From NCBI GenBank assembly GCA_041688355.1, contig JBDNIL010000161.1, positions 2,220-66,219 of the forward strand: a stretch of 64,000 nucleotides of DNA. Direction: 5' to 3'. The DNA comes from Verrucomicrobiales bacterium. GTDB taxonomy: Bacteria; Verrucomicrobiota; Verrucomicrobiia; Verrucomicrobiales; DEV007. The notes beneath the pieces were generated by a model. It was not told the DNA's origin, searched no databases, and worked only from the letters and a program-made list of their open reading frames with translations. Each line of letters begins with the position of its first letter. Within the stretch, counting starts at the first letter, position 1. Below, piece after piece: positions 46,201 through 54,935 of the stretch. Both the position numbers and the translations under genes were made by a program.

Positions 46201-48324
46201 CAGCTTCCCGGAGGCTCGAACCCGCCCGTCTATCCGGCGAGTCCGCCCGAGAAACGCTACCACAGCTTCCAGCAGGCGGGCCGCTACACCTCCGCCTGCG
46301 GCGGCATGATCTACCGGGACAGCCACCTCTTTCCCGAAGCGGAGACGATGGCCTTCATCGCCGAGCCCTTTCACAATCTCGTGCAGCAGCTCGCCCTCTC
46401 CCCCGACGGCGTGACCTTTTCCGCGAAGCGTGTCGGACAGAAAAGCGACGACGAAAAATCGCCCGACTTCTTCGCCAGCGAAGACCGCTGGTGTCGTCCC
46501 GTCATGCTCCGCACCGGTCCCGACGGCGCGCTCTGGATCGCAGACATGTATCGATACATGATCGAGCATCCCCACTGGCTCCCGCAGGAGGGAAAAGACG
46601 AACTGCTCCCCCACTATCGGCTCGGCGACGACATGGGCCGGATCTATCGCGTCACCCGCACCGGTTCCGCACCGCGTCCCGTTCCCGACCTCGCTTCACT
46701 CGATACTGCCGGACTCGTCGCGCAACTCCGCTCGCCAAATGGCTGGATCCGTGACAAGGCGCAGCAAATGTTGCTCTGGCAGGGTGAGAGCCCCGAACTC
46801 GTTGCCGCCCTGAAAACATCCGCCCTCGATGCACCCACTCCGCTCGGCCGCCTCCATGCGCTCTGCACCCTAGAAGGGTTGGGCAAACTCGGCGAGGCCA
46901 ACGACGCGCTCATCGCCGCCCTGCGCCATCCTCATCCCGGCTTGCGGGAGAATGCGCTGCGTCTCGCTGAATCAAGCAGGGCGCCGGCCGTTTTCGAAAC
47001 CGTTCTCAGCCTCGCCTCGGATCCCGATCCAAAGGTGCAGCTCCAGCTCGCCTTTAGCCTTGGTCAATCGACCGAGCCGGCCGCGGGAGAGGTCCTCGCG
47101 AAACTCCTTAATCAAAACAACGGCGATCCATTTCTCGCTGCCGCCGTGCTCAGCTCCGCGCTTCCGCATCTCGGTCAACTCGCGGAATCAGCGGCCCCGG
47201 CCTCGCGTTCCAACCTTCTTCCGATGGTCCTGGCAGCGGGTGATCGCGAGGGACTCGCCCGGCTCCTCGCCCCGGCATTCGAGTTCAACAACGAAGGACC
47301 GGAGACGACCGCCCCGCTTCGCTGGAGCTGGTTCGGCGAATTCCTCGACGATGCCCTCGCCCGCCAGATCAGCCTCGATGCGTTGCAAACGACTGCACCC
47401 AACGACCCACTTTCCCAACTCCTTGCTCAGTCCGGTCGACTCTTCACCGAAGCGACCGCCCGACTCAAAGACGACGCCGCGCCGCTCCCTGATCGCCTCG
47501 CCGCAGCGGCTCTCCTCGCCCGCCATGCTCCCAACCGCGTGGCCTCACTCGCCTTTCTGCGCGAGCAGCTCCAGGCCGGACTACACGAGGAAAGTTGGCC
47601 CAACATTCTCTCGACCACCGCCGCGACCGGCGCCCCGGGACTCCCGGATCAACTTCTGAGCGTGTGGCCCCAACTCTCGCCCATGCAGCGCGCGCTCGCC
47701 CTCGACGCCCTTCTGTCCCGCCCCGCCTGGACCACCGGCCTCCTCGACGCCTTTTCCGCCGGGAAATTGCGCCCCGCCGAGATTGATGCGACCCGCCGCA
47801 TGCGGCTCCTCAATCATCCTGACAAAGCTACCAAAGAGAAATCGGCCGCCCTCTTCAACATCGCCGCTTCAAGCGGACGCACCGAGGTTCGCGCTCGCTA
47901 CCAACCCGCGCTCACCCTTGATGGTGATCCCGAAAAGGGCCGTCTCGTCTATCAGAAAACCTGCGCCGCCTGCCACCAGCACGGCACCGAGGGACTCGCG
48001 GTCGGTCCTCGCCTCGAGACTGTCGCCGATCATCCGGCGGAGAAGATCCTCACCAATATCATCGATCCCAATCTCGACATCCAGCCCGGCTACCACGCCT
48101 ACAGCGCCATCCTGAAAGGGGGAGGACAGCTCTTCGGGCTCCTCGCCGGAGAGTCCGCCGCCAGCCTCACCTTCAAAACACTCGATGCCAAAACGCACGC
48201 GGTGCGACGGGATGAAATCGCGAGCCTCCAGAGCACGGGAATCTCGCTCATGCCCGAGGGCCTCGAAGCCGCCATCACGATAGAAGAGATGGCTGATCTC
48301 ATCGCGTTTCTGCGGGCTAAATAG
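43294..48324 (+). CDS. Giant secreted fusion protein: ceramidase-like N-domain, LamG, membrane-bound-dehydrogenase beta-propeller, HEAT repeats, C-terminal PVC-type heme-binding CxxCH domain
   Basis: Signal peptide. Neutral-ceramidase-like N-terminus (AGAATVDISP...LHARALVL...VVDSCMLP, STHTHSAP). LamG ending LDEVALYPVALTGEQV. DWDTKGRLWVVEMADYP propeller. HEAT-like repeats. CAACHQHG heme site near the C-terminus. 1676 aa. Confidence 0.8.
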   Translation: MNRLLLLILCFALIASTSTRAETPLEAGAATVDISPQKLPAIRNGGFLQAIADRVDDPLHARALVLRSGDTTVAICVVDSCMLPTDVCDAIKATVTAAIGLRADHILISSTHTHSAPGAMALCLGTRKDEAYTAQMIPQVAEAITKAHAALTPAKAGWVQVDAHAFTNCRRWIRRPDKMLTDPFGEVSVRAMMHPGYESPDVVGPSGPTDPQLSLLSLVRANDEKPIAMMANYSMHYFGAAAGFSADYFGELAGMIENALGNDAVGLVSQGTSGDLHYMDYSRAKDADLTRTKYAAGLAEIALKARADITHRADLPLAMAETKLPLGRRLPSAERLAWATPLNATRAGAIPKSKEEVYAEQAEWIHANPQTELILQALRLGDLAITALPNEVYGITGLKLKAQSPLPATFNIELANGAEGYIPPPEQHHLGGYTTWPARTAGLEESAEPRIVENIIVLLEKVSGKSRRPLHDGDGPYRRAILADEPIAYWPLNDLSGPQPREATGRTSATWEDGVAYGLPGVQGSGGAISAEPEKANPFTDAGINRSAHVAGARLRTTLPDFSRTYSAELWFWNGLPDDARPVTGYLFSRGKDGDKSALGDHLGIGGNHPDVPAGRLFFFTGNEVGRVVPGETRLSFRDWHHVVLVREEDKVTVYLDGKKEIVAEAPWTIPASDGEIFLGGRSDGLFGLEGKLDEVALYPVALTGEQVAAHFAAAERVATEPKPDSEARAPEFSLQALHLPDGFEARIVAAEPLVLDPVAFDWDTKGRLWVVEMADYPLGLDNAGARGGRLRVLDDRDRDGTYDHSTLFADGLNFPNGLITWRTGVIITAAPDILYLEDTDGDGKADKTEVLYSGLSEGNEQLRANGLRWGLDNWIHVAAGGHHGKHGADTKLRSTRTGTETLVGSRDFRIRPDTGEIEAQSGPTQFGRNRDNWGHWFGTQNSHPLWHYVLPDQYLKRNPHFAAPEGRVQLPGGSNPPVYPASPPEKRYHSFQQAGRYTSACGGMIYRDSHLFPEAETMAFIAEPFHNLVQQLALSPDGVTFSAKRVGQKSDDEKSPDFFASEDRWCRPVMLRTGPDGALWIADMYRYMIEHPHWLPQEGKDELLPHYRLGDDMGRIYRVTRTGSAPRPVPDLASLDTAGLVAQLRSPNGWIRDKAQQMLLWQGESPELVAALKTSALDAPTPLGRLHALCTLEGLGKLGEANDALIAALRHPHPGLRENALRLAESSRAPAVFETVLSLASDPDPKVQLQLAFSLGQSTEPAAGEVLAKLLNQNNGDPFLAAAVLSSALPHLGQLAESAAPASRSNLLPMVLAAGDREGLARLLAPAFEFNNEGPETTAPLRWSWFGEFLDDALARQISLDALQTTAPNDPLSQLLAQSGRLFTEATARLKDDAAPLPDRLAAAALLARHAPNRVASLAFLREQLQAGLHEESWPNILSTTAATGAPGLPDQLLSVWPQLSPMQRALALDALLSRPAWTTGLLDAFSAGKLRPAEIDATRRMRLLNHPDKATKEKSAALFNIAASSGRTEVRARYQPALTLDGDPEKGRLVYQKTCAACHQHGTEGLAVGPRLETVADHPAEKILTNIIDPNLDIQPGYHAYSAILKGGGQLFGLLAGESAASLTFKTLDAKTHAVRRDEIASLQSTGISLMPEGLEAAITIEEMADLIAFLRAK

Positions 48325-48644
48325 GCAGATACCGCCATGGAGAGCGGCGAGATCCGGTCCGAATTAAATATAGATACTCGAACAATATTTTTTGAAACTG
48401 CCGGTTGACGTTTTGGTAAATTAGCGCTAACGGTCATTTCGCCGAAGATCTCGGCATCTCCCCCATGTTCACCACCAGCCATTGCTTCCAACCTGCAACA
48501 AATGCTCCGCGTTGTTGTCCGGTATCACTGATGGGATCGAGCCTGCAAAGCGCGCCCTCCTACAGCCATACGGAGAACGGCGCAGCCGATAAAGAAAGGG
48601 CTCCGGGGACTACGTAACGACATCCTTTACAAGGACTTATGTGG

Positions 48645-48680
48645 AACCCGCTCTCCGAAAGGAGGCGGGTTTTTTGTTTT
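48645..48680 (+). terminator. Strong orphan rho-independent terminator
   Basis: The stem cccgc(t)ctcc with GAAA loop and ggaggcggg is followed by TTTTTTGTTTT. It lies 320 nt beyond the nearest upstream stop codon. Confidence 0.75.
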
Positions 48681-49368
48681 CCGAAATCACATCCTCAGCC
48701 CATTCCGACCTCATACCAACCCGCCAATGATTCTTCATCCATGACAGAAAAGAGAAAGCGCTAGCCGCTTCCCTCCATCAGGCACGTCTCTCCGGAGTCG
48801 CGCTCCCTTGAAACCGGATTCGCCATCCCGGACGAGTCCCCGGACAAGTCTACAGACTCTTCCGACGGATCAACGCGCCCCTCTACCTAGTAAATATCAT
48901 TCCATTTCTTTATATACCATATCGCAGGCCGGGAAGTCCCGTGCCGGGGTTCATATTCCCGGGGGCCCGGAGCATTACCGGGGCCTGCCACCATTTTCCC
49001 GAACATTCAGATATTGATCGTGTTGTAACAGTAGCATTTCACCCTGTGAAGGTGACGGTGCGGGTGTGAGTCCCGTCGATCAGTTCCTCTTTTATGACTC
49101 CGTGGCCGAGTAGTTGGTGCCTGCTGAAAAAGCCTGAAACGAAAAACGGCGAGTCATTCTGCTGACTGGTCAGGCGCGACGATGAAGCGGGGCGGGCGCC
49201 GGGGCAGACGGCTGCAGCCCGTCCTACGCAGGTGCGGATCCAGTGGGAGTCTTTTTCCTTTTCAAAAACCGAACGAACCCCGCCGGAAAGGGTCGAAACC
49301 GGGACTCCCGGAATCTTTCAGAATCGTTTCTTTTAACAGCACGGATAAAGCGCCACACTTCGCACGCG

Positions 49369-49947
49369 ATGAGCATCCTGAATCAGAACATCGTCCTCGT
49401 CCTCAACCGGAACTGGCAGGCCATCAATATCAAGACTCCGGCCGACATCTTCTGCCAGATGGCCACCGACGTCGCCACCGCGCTCGACATCAAGGGGAGC
49501 GACTGGATGGTCCCGACGAAGTGGGAAGACTGGATGAAGTTGCCCATTCGCGAGGGAGACCTCAGCATCGGGACCGCCCACGGACCGATCCGTGTCCCCA
49601 CGGTGGTGGTGCTCGCGCGCTTTTCCCGGGTGCCCATGAAGCGGCCGAAGTTCAATGCCCGCAACCTCTGGGCCCGCGACGGCGGACGCTGCCAGTACAC
49701 CGGTCGCGAACTTCGCCCCGGCGAGGGCAACATCGACCACGTCATCCCCCGCTCGCGCGGCGGCACGACGAGCTGGGAGAACTGCGTCCTCTCGGCTCGC
49801 GAAGTGAACAACCGCAAGGCCAACCGCACGCCCGAAGAGGCCGGTCTCGTCCTCAAGAAGCTGCCCTCGGCTCCGCCCGAGCTGCCCGTAACGATGTTGC
49901 TGAAGAACTTACACGAGATTCCCGATTGGGAGCCGTTCCTGAAGTGA
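49369..49947 (+). CDS. Stand-alone HNH endonuclease
   Basis: GGRCQYTGREL...IDHVIPRSRGGTTSWENCVLSAREVNNRKANRT (HNH with Cys/His framework). Start moved to ATG 49369 (MSILNQN). Confidence 0.85.
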   Translation: MSILNQNIVLVLNRNWQAINIKTPADIFCQMATDVATALDIKGSDWMVPTKWEDWMKLPIREGDLSIGTAHGPIRVPTVVVLARFSRVPMKRPKFNARNLWARDGGRCQYTGRELRPGEGNIDHVIPRSRGGTTSWENCVLSAREVNNRKANRTPEEAGLVLKKLPSAPPELPVTMLLKNLHEIPDWEPFLK

Positions 49948-50045
49948 GATGGCCAGCGACTCCCGCGCCTGCCAGCCAACCGTATGACGTGGGAATCGCT
50001 TCACGCCACTTGCCTCTTTCGCCGGGAAAGGCTAACAATCGCAGC

Positions 50046-52724
50046 ATGTTCAGACTCTCCCCCGTCGCGCTTCTCACGCTCCTGACCAGCCTCTGCGCCA
50101 CCACCGCGCTGCAGGCCGAGATTCAAGCTGGGCTGCATCTGCATCGCAGCTGGGAAGTCTGCGCCTGCAAGAGCCACCTCGGCAAAGGATTCCCCTTCGA
50201 TCCCGACGCCGCTCACGCGGGCAACGGCCGCCAGTATGCCCCCGATCGCGAGATCGATGTGAAACACCTCCTCCTCGATCTCACCCCCGATTTTAAAAAG
50301 CGCGATCTCGCCGGAGTCGCCACGCTCACCTTTTCTCCCATCGCCAAACCTCTGCGCACCTTGCGGCTCGACGCCGTCGATCTCAGCATCAGCAAAGTCG
50401 AGTCATCCGCCCCGATCGAGGCCTGGGACGCGGGTAAAAAGGCGCTCACGATCACCTTCGCAGAAGCCGTTCCCGTCGATGCCGAGACCACCGTCACGGT
50501 GACTTACTCCGCCCATCCGGAGGATGGCTGGTACTACCGCACCGCCGCGATGGGCTACCCGCAGGGCGACGATCATTTCTGGACTCAGGGCGAGCCGCAA
50601 AAGCATCGCCACTGGTTCCCCGGCTACGACTACCCGAACGAGCGCTTCACCAGCGAAGTGATCTGCCGCGTCCCAAAGGGAATGACCGTGCTCTCGAACG
50701 GACGCCTCATCAAAGAGTGGCAAGAGGGCGACCTGACCCTCTTTCATTGGAGCCAGGAGCAGGAGCATGTGAACTACCTCATCTCTGTCGTCGGCGGGTA
50801 TTTCAACAAACTGGAGTCAAAGCACGGCGAGCTGCCCCTCGCTTTTCTCACCCCGCCGTCCGAGTTCGCCGTGGCGGAAAATTCCTTCCGTGACACCGCC
50901 GCGATCCTCGCTTTTTTCGAGAAAGAAACCGGAGTGAAATATCCCTGGGCGAAGTACTACAGCGTCTGCGTGACCGACTTCATCGCCGGCGGCATGGAGA
51001 ACACCAGCGTCACGACGCTGACGACGAATACCCTCTTTTCCGCAGATTCCGAGAACCTGCGCAGCTCGCATCAGCTCGACGCGCACGAGGTCGCCCACCA
51101 GTGGTTCGGCGATCTCCTCACCTGCAAAGACTGGTCCCACCTCTGGCTCAACGAGGGCTTCGCGACCTACTACACCCACCTCTACGACGGCGAAAAATCG
51201 GGCCGCGACGAGATGCTCTATCAGCTCTACACCGACGGGCGCCAGGTCGTCGACAACCCTGACGAAAAGCCCATCGTCTGGCGCGGCTACACCGATCCCT
51301 TCGAGCAGTTCGACTACCGTGCCTATCCCAAAGGCGGCTGGGTCCTCCACATGCTCCGCAGCCAGGTCGGACCCGATCTCTTCCGCAAAACGATCAAGGC
51401 CTACCTCGAACGCCATCGCAACACCAGCGTCGTGACGCAGGATCTCCTCGCCGTCTTCGAAGAGACGACCGGCCGGTCGTGGGACGAGTTTTTTGACCAG
51501 TGGGTCTTCCACGGCGGCGAGCCGCTCCTCAAGGCCGCATACGCCTGGGATCAGGAGCGGGGCCAGGCGAAGCTCACGATCCAGCAGACGCAAAAAACGA
51601 GTGAGAAGGTCCTGCTCTTCGACTTCCCCCTGCCCGTGCGCTTCATCGATGAAAAAGGTGCCGTCTCTGAGTTCACCGTTCGCATCCACGAGGCGAGCGA
51701 GGACTTCTATTTTTCCCTCCCCGCGAAACCCTCGATCGTGCGCCTCGATCCCGATCTCACCGTGCTCACCTCGATCGATCTCGAGCTGCCCAACGCGATG
51801 CTCTACACCCAACTCGAACGGGCCGATGATATGATGGGTCGTCTCCTCGCCGCGAAAGCCCTCGGCGGCAAAAAGGACGCGGAGAGCCTCAAGCAACTTC
51901 AGGCAGCCCTCACCGCCGATCCCTTTTACGGTGTCCGCATCGAAGCCGCTCGTGCCCTCGCGAAGACCCGCACTCCGGAGGCCCTCGCCGTGATCCTCGC
52001 CGCAACGACGCCTGATGACGCTCGCGTGCGGCAGGAAATCGTCGCCGCGATCGGAAAATTTTACAGCCCCGATGCCTTTACCGCTCTCAGCAGCATCGTC
52101 GTCTCGGAGAAAAATCCCGACATCGTCGTGACCGCCCTCGGTGCCCTCTCCGCCTATTTGCAGCAGGAAACAGCGCCCGTCCTCCTCACCGCCCTCGACC
52201 GGGAGAGCTACCGGCATCGCATCGCCGCCGCCGCCATCACCGGGCTGCGCACCCGGGGGGATGAAAGTGTCGTCGCTCCCCTGCTCGCCCATCTCCAGAA
52301 AAACGAGGCCCTTTTCACCACCGGTGACTTCGGTCGCGCCCTCGACAGCCTCGCCTACCTCGCCCGCACCCAGGCGGACGAAACCCGCGCCGGGACCCGG
52401 GCATTTATCTCCAGCTACCTCGATCAGCCCAAAGAAAATCTGCGCCGCGCCGCCATCAGCGCCCTCGGCACCCTCGAGGACCGTCGCTCCCTCGGGGCCC
52501 TGCGAACCTTTGCCGGGGCCGACGACCCCGAACGGCCCGAGGCCAAGGCCGCCACCGAAGCGATCCGCAAGATCACCGCCGGACTTCCCCAGGCCGACGA
52601 AGTAAAAGATCTCCGCCGCGAACTCCTCGACCTGCAAAAAGAACTGAAGACCGTCCGCGACGGCCTCGAAACCGTGAAAAAGCAGACCGCTCCCGTGCCG
52701 CCGACGGAGAAACCGAAGGAGTGA
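50046..52724 (+). CDS. M1-family aminopeptidase (aminopeptidase N-like) with C-terminal HEAT repeats
   Basis: Signal peptide MFRLSPVALLTLLTSLCATTALQA. GGMEN exopeptidase motif. HEVAHQWFGDLLTCKDWSHLWLNEGFATY (HExxH-x18-E). The first 288 codons of the track ORF (49182..) overlap the HNH gene and are rejected. Confidence 0.9.
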   Translation: MFRLSPVALLTLLTSLCATTALQAEIQAGLHLHRSWEVCACKSHLGKGFPFDPDAAHAGNGRQYAPDREIDVKHLLLDLTPDFKKRDLAGVATLTFSPIAKPLRTLRLDAVDLSISKVESSAPIEAWDAGKKALTITFAEAVPVDAETTVTVTYSAHPEDGWYYRTAAMGYPQGDDHFWTQGEPQKHRHWFPGYDYPNERFTSEVICRVPKGMTVLSNGRLIKEWQEGDLTLFHWSQEQEHVNYLISVVGGYFNKLESKHGELPLAFLTPPSEFAVAENSFRDTAAILAFFEKETGVKYPWAKYYSVCVTDFIAGGMENTSVTTLTTNTLFSADSENLRSSHQLDAHEVAHQWFGDLLTCKDWSHLWLNEGFATYYTHLYDGEKSGRDEMLYQLYTDGRQVVDNPDEKPIVWRGYTDPFEQFDYRAYPKGGWVLHMLRSQVGPDLFRKTIKAYLERHRNTSVVTQDLLAVFEETTGRSWDEFFDQWVFHGGEPLLKAAYAWDQERGQAKLTIQQTQKTSEKVLLFDFPLPVRFIDEKGAVSEFTVRIHEASEDFYFSLPAKPSIVRLDPDLTVLTSIDLELPNAMLYTQLERADDMMGRLLAAKALGGKKDAESLKQLQAALTADPFYGVRIEAARALAKTRTPEALAVILAATTPDDARVRQEIVAAIGKFYSPDAFTALSSIVVSEKNPDIVVTALGALSAYLQQETAPVLLTALDRESYRHRIAAAAITGLRTRGDESVVAPLLAHLQKNEALFTTGDFGRALDSLAYLARTQADETRAGTRAFISSYLDQPKENLRRAAISALGTLEDRRSLGALRTFAGADDPERPEAKAATEAIRKITAGLPQADEVKDLRRELLDLQKELKTVRDGLETVKKQTAPVPPTEKPKE

Positions 52725-52830
52725 GAACGGCTGGCCCCGGGAGAGGCGCAGGGTTGCTATCTCGACCCGCTTTCAGTTTGCGGAAAGAGGAGACTCAGCT
52801 ATGTAGGGAGCTGTCAGTCAGTGCAACGCC

Positions 52831-54438
52831 ATGCTCACCATCCGGAACCTTAAGAAATCCTACGGGGGAAGCTCTCTTTTCGAAGAAGCCGACCTGCAGA
52901 TCAACTACGACACCCGCGCCGCCCTCGTGGGACCGAACGGCGCTGGCAAATCGACCATTTTCCGCATCATCCTCGGCCAGGAGGAAGCCGACCAGGGCAC
53001 GGTCGACCTCGACGAATGGTCCCTCGTCGGATACCTCCCGCAGGAGAGCGAGGATGTCGGCGACTTCAGTGTTCTCGATATCGCCACCGGCCGCGCCGGA
53101 ACGATCGAGGAGTTGGAGAAAGAACTGAAGGCCATGGAAGAGACGGGCACGGTCGACTCGCGCGCCTACTACGAAGCCCAAACCAAATTCGACGCCCTCA
53201 ACGACCCCACCGTCGAGGCGAAGGCAAAAAAGATGCTGCGCGGTCTCGGCTATCCGGCGGAGAACTTCGACCGGCCCGCGAAGGAAATGAGCGGTGGCTG
53301 GATCATGCGTGCCCACCTCGCCCGGCTCCTCGTGATCGAGCCGAGCCTGCTCATGCTCGATGAGCCGACGAACCACCTCGACCTGATGTCGCTGCTCTGG
53401 TTCCAGGATTACTTGAAGACCTACAGCGGAGCCATCCTCATGATCTCGCACGACCGCGAGTTCATGAATGCCATCGTCAACGAAGTCCACGACATTTCCG
53501 AGCGCCGTCTCCTTCATTACACCGGCAACTACTCCGATTTCGAAAAGCAGCGCTACGAAGCCTACGAGCGGCAGAACAACGCCTACAAAAATCAGCAAAA
53601 GCAGATCGGCGAGCTCCAGGCCTTTGCGAACAAGTTCCGGTCCGTCTCTTCGAAAGCCTCGCAGGCCCAATCGAAGCTCAAGGAGATCGAACGCATCGAA
53701 AAAGTCGAGAAGCCGCAGGCCCCGAAGAAACCCTTCCGCTTCCAGATCCCCGATCCTCCGCGGGGCGGACAAAAGGCCGTCACCCTCGAGGCCATTCATT
53801 TCGCCTACGGAACCCACAAAGTCTATGAAGGCATCGACCTCACGATCGAGCGCGGCGAACGCACCGTGCTCGTCGGACCAAACGGATCAGGTAAATCGAC
53901 GCTCCTCAAACTCCTCGGGGGCGAACTGACGCCCCAGCAGGGCAAGGTCCTCCAGGGACACAACGCGAAGATCGGCTACTTTTCGCAGCATCGCTCCGCG
54001 ACCCTGAACCCGAACAACTCCGTCCTCACCGAAGTCCTCGAAGCCGCCCCCACCCTGCGGGAAGACGAAGCCCGCGGCATCCTCGGATCCTTCATGTTCC
54101 GCAAAGAGGAGGTCTACAAAATGACCCGCGTTCTCAGCGGAGGAGAAAAGAGCCGCCTCAACCTCATCAAGTTCCTCGTCGATCCGCCTAACATTCTCCT
54201 AATGGATGAGCCCACGACCCACCTTGACATCCTCACGGTAGAATCGCTCATCCTCGCGCTGGAGAACTACGCCGGGACGCTCGTCTTCATCTCGCACGAC
54301 GTTCACTTCATCAAAAAGCTGGCCAAAGACGTCATTCACGTGGCGAATGGCGCGGCAAAACGTTTCAACGGAGACTGGGATTATTTCATCGAAAAATCCG
54401 GCGCCGGGAATGAGCGCGCCGCGCTGACGGCGGAGTGA
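52831..54438 (+). CDS. ABC-F family ATPase (two ABC domains, no TM domain)
   Basis: Walker A GPNGAGKST and GPNGSGKST. Signatures MSGGW and LSGGEKSRL. Lys/Gln-rich inter-domain linker. 535 aa. Confidence 0.9.
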   Translation: MLTIRNLKKSYGGSSLFEEADLQINYDTRAALVGPNGAGKSTIFRIILGQEEADQGTVDLDEWSLVGYLPQESEDVGDFSVLDIATGRAGTIEELEKELKAMEETGTVDSRAYYEAQTKFDALNDPTVEAKAKKMLRGLGYPAENFDRPAKEMSGGWIMRAHLARLLVIEPSLLMLDEPTNHLDLMSLLWFQDYLKTYSGAILMISHDREFMNAIVNEVHDISERRLLHYTGNYSDFEKQRYEAYERQNNAYKNQQKQIGELQAFANKFRSVSSKASQAQSKLKEIERIEKVEKPQAPKKPFRFQIPDPPRGGQKAVTLEAIHFAYGTHKVYEGIDLTIERGERTVLVGPNGSGKSTLLKLLGGELTPQQGKVLQGHNAKIGYFSQHRSATLNPNNSVLTEVLEAAPTLREDEARGILGSFMFRKEEVYKMTRVLSGGEKSRLNLIKFLVDPPNILLMDEPTTHLDILTVESLILALENYAGTLVFISHDVHFIKKLAKDVIHVANGAAKRFNGDWDYFIEKSGAGNERAALTAE

Positions 54439-54935
54439 ATGGGGACATGGGTCATGAGGCCAAGGAGGAGCGACATTCCTGTCGCTCACGTCGGTCAGAA
54501 CTTGTGAGCCCCGCCTCACTCACCCGGGCTCATCTCCGAAAGCGGCACCAAATGAGAACACCGGATGCGAATAGTAAGCCAAAGCAAAAGGTGGCATAAA
54601 GAACGAAAAACTTCCGTTCCGCATCCGGGTGTACCGTTATCAATTGGCAAAACAGGACCCCGAGAAATGACACCAACAGGAGAAATTTCATCGGGAAAAT
54701 CCTATTGGTCCACCTCGGACTTCGTCAAGCGCGCATTCGACAAACCGCCCGAAGCGCTCCTGTAGCCGTGTCGGGCCGCGGCGCGGGTTGGTTGCGCAAG
54801 GCAGCTTGAACGCCCAAAAGGTCGCTCGGGCCGAGCTCCCCTACCTTCAAAATCGATAGCCCCGTCAGGGTCGCGCCCCAAAAACCGCGTCTGCGTCCTT
54901 GTTGTCAAGCCCACCCTGCTTCTACTCTCCTCCCC

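Noticed and set aside
48465-48617. 50-codon ORF (MFTTSHCFQPATNAPRCCPVSLMG...) inside the candidate sRNA region.
   Set aside because: No Shine-Dalgarno-like sequence upstream (ctcggcatctccccc-ATG), no recognisable peptide family, and composition unlike the neighbouring genes.
48925-48997. Consecutive hairpins (cgggg-ttcatat-tcccg; cccgg-agcatta-ccggg) followed by GCCACCA. Considered as a tRNA, tmRNA 3' end or SRP RNA.
   Set aside because: No matching 5' acceptor strand. The T-loops are non-canonical. There is no tmRNA tag ORF, no GGGGCUGA-type 5' end, and no SRP domain IV motif. The region is still unexplained, but I cannot support any RNA-gene call.
49182-50045. First 288 codons of the 1180-aa track ORF.
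   Set aside because: Arg/Pro-rich nonsense that overlaps the HNH endonuclease gene in another frame. The M1 aminopeptidase begins with a signal peptide at ATG 50046.
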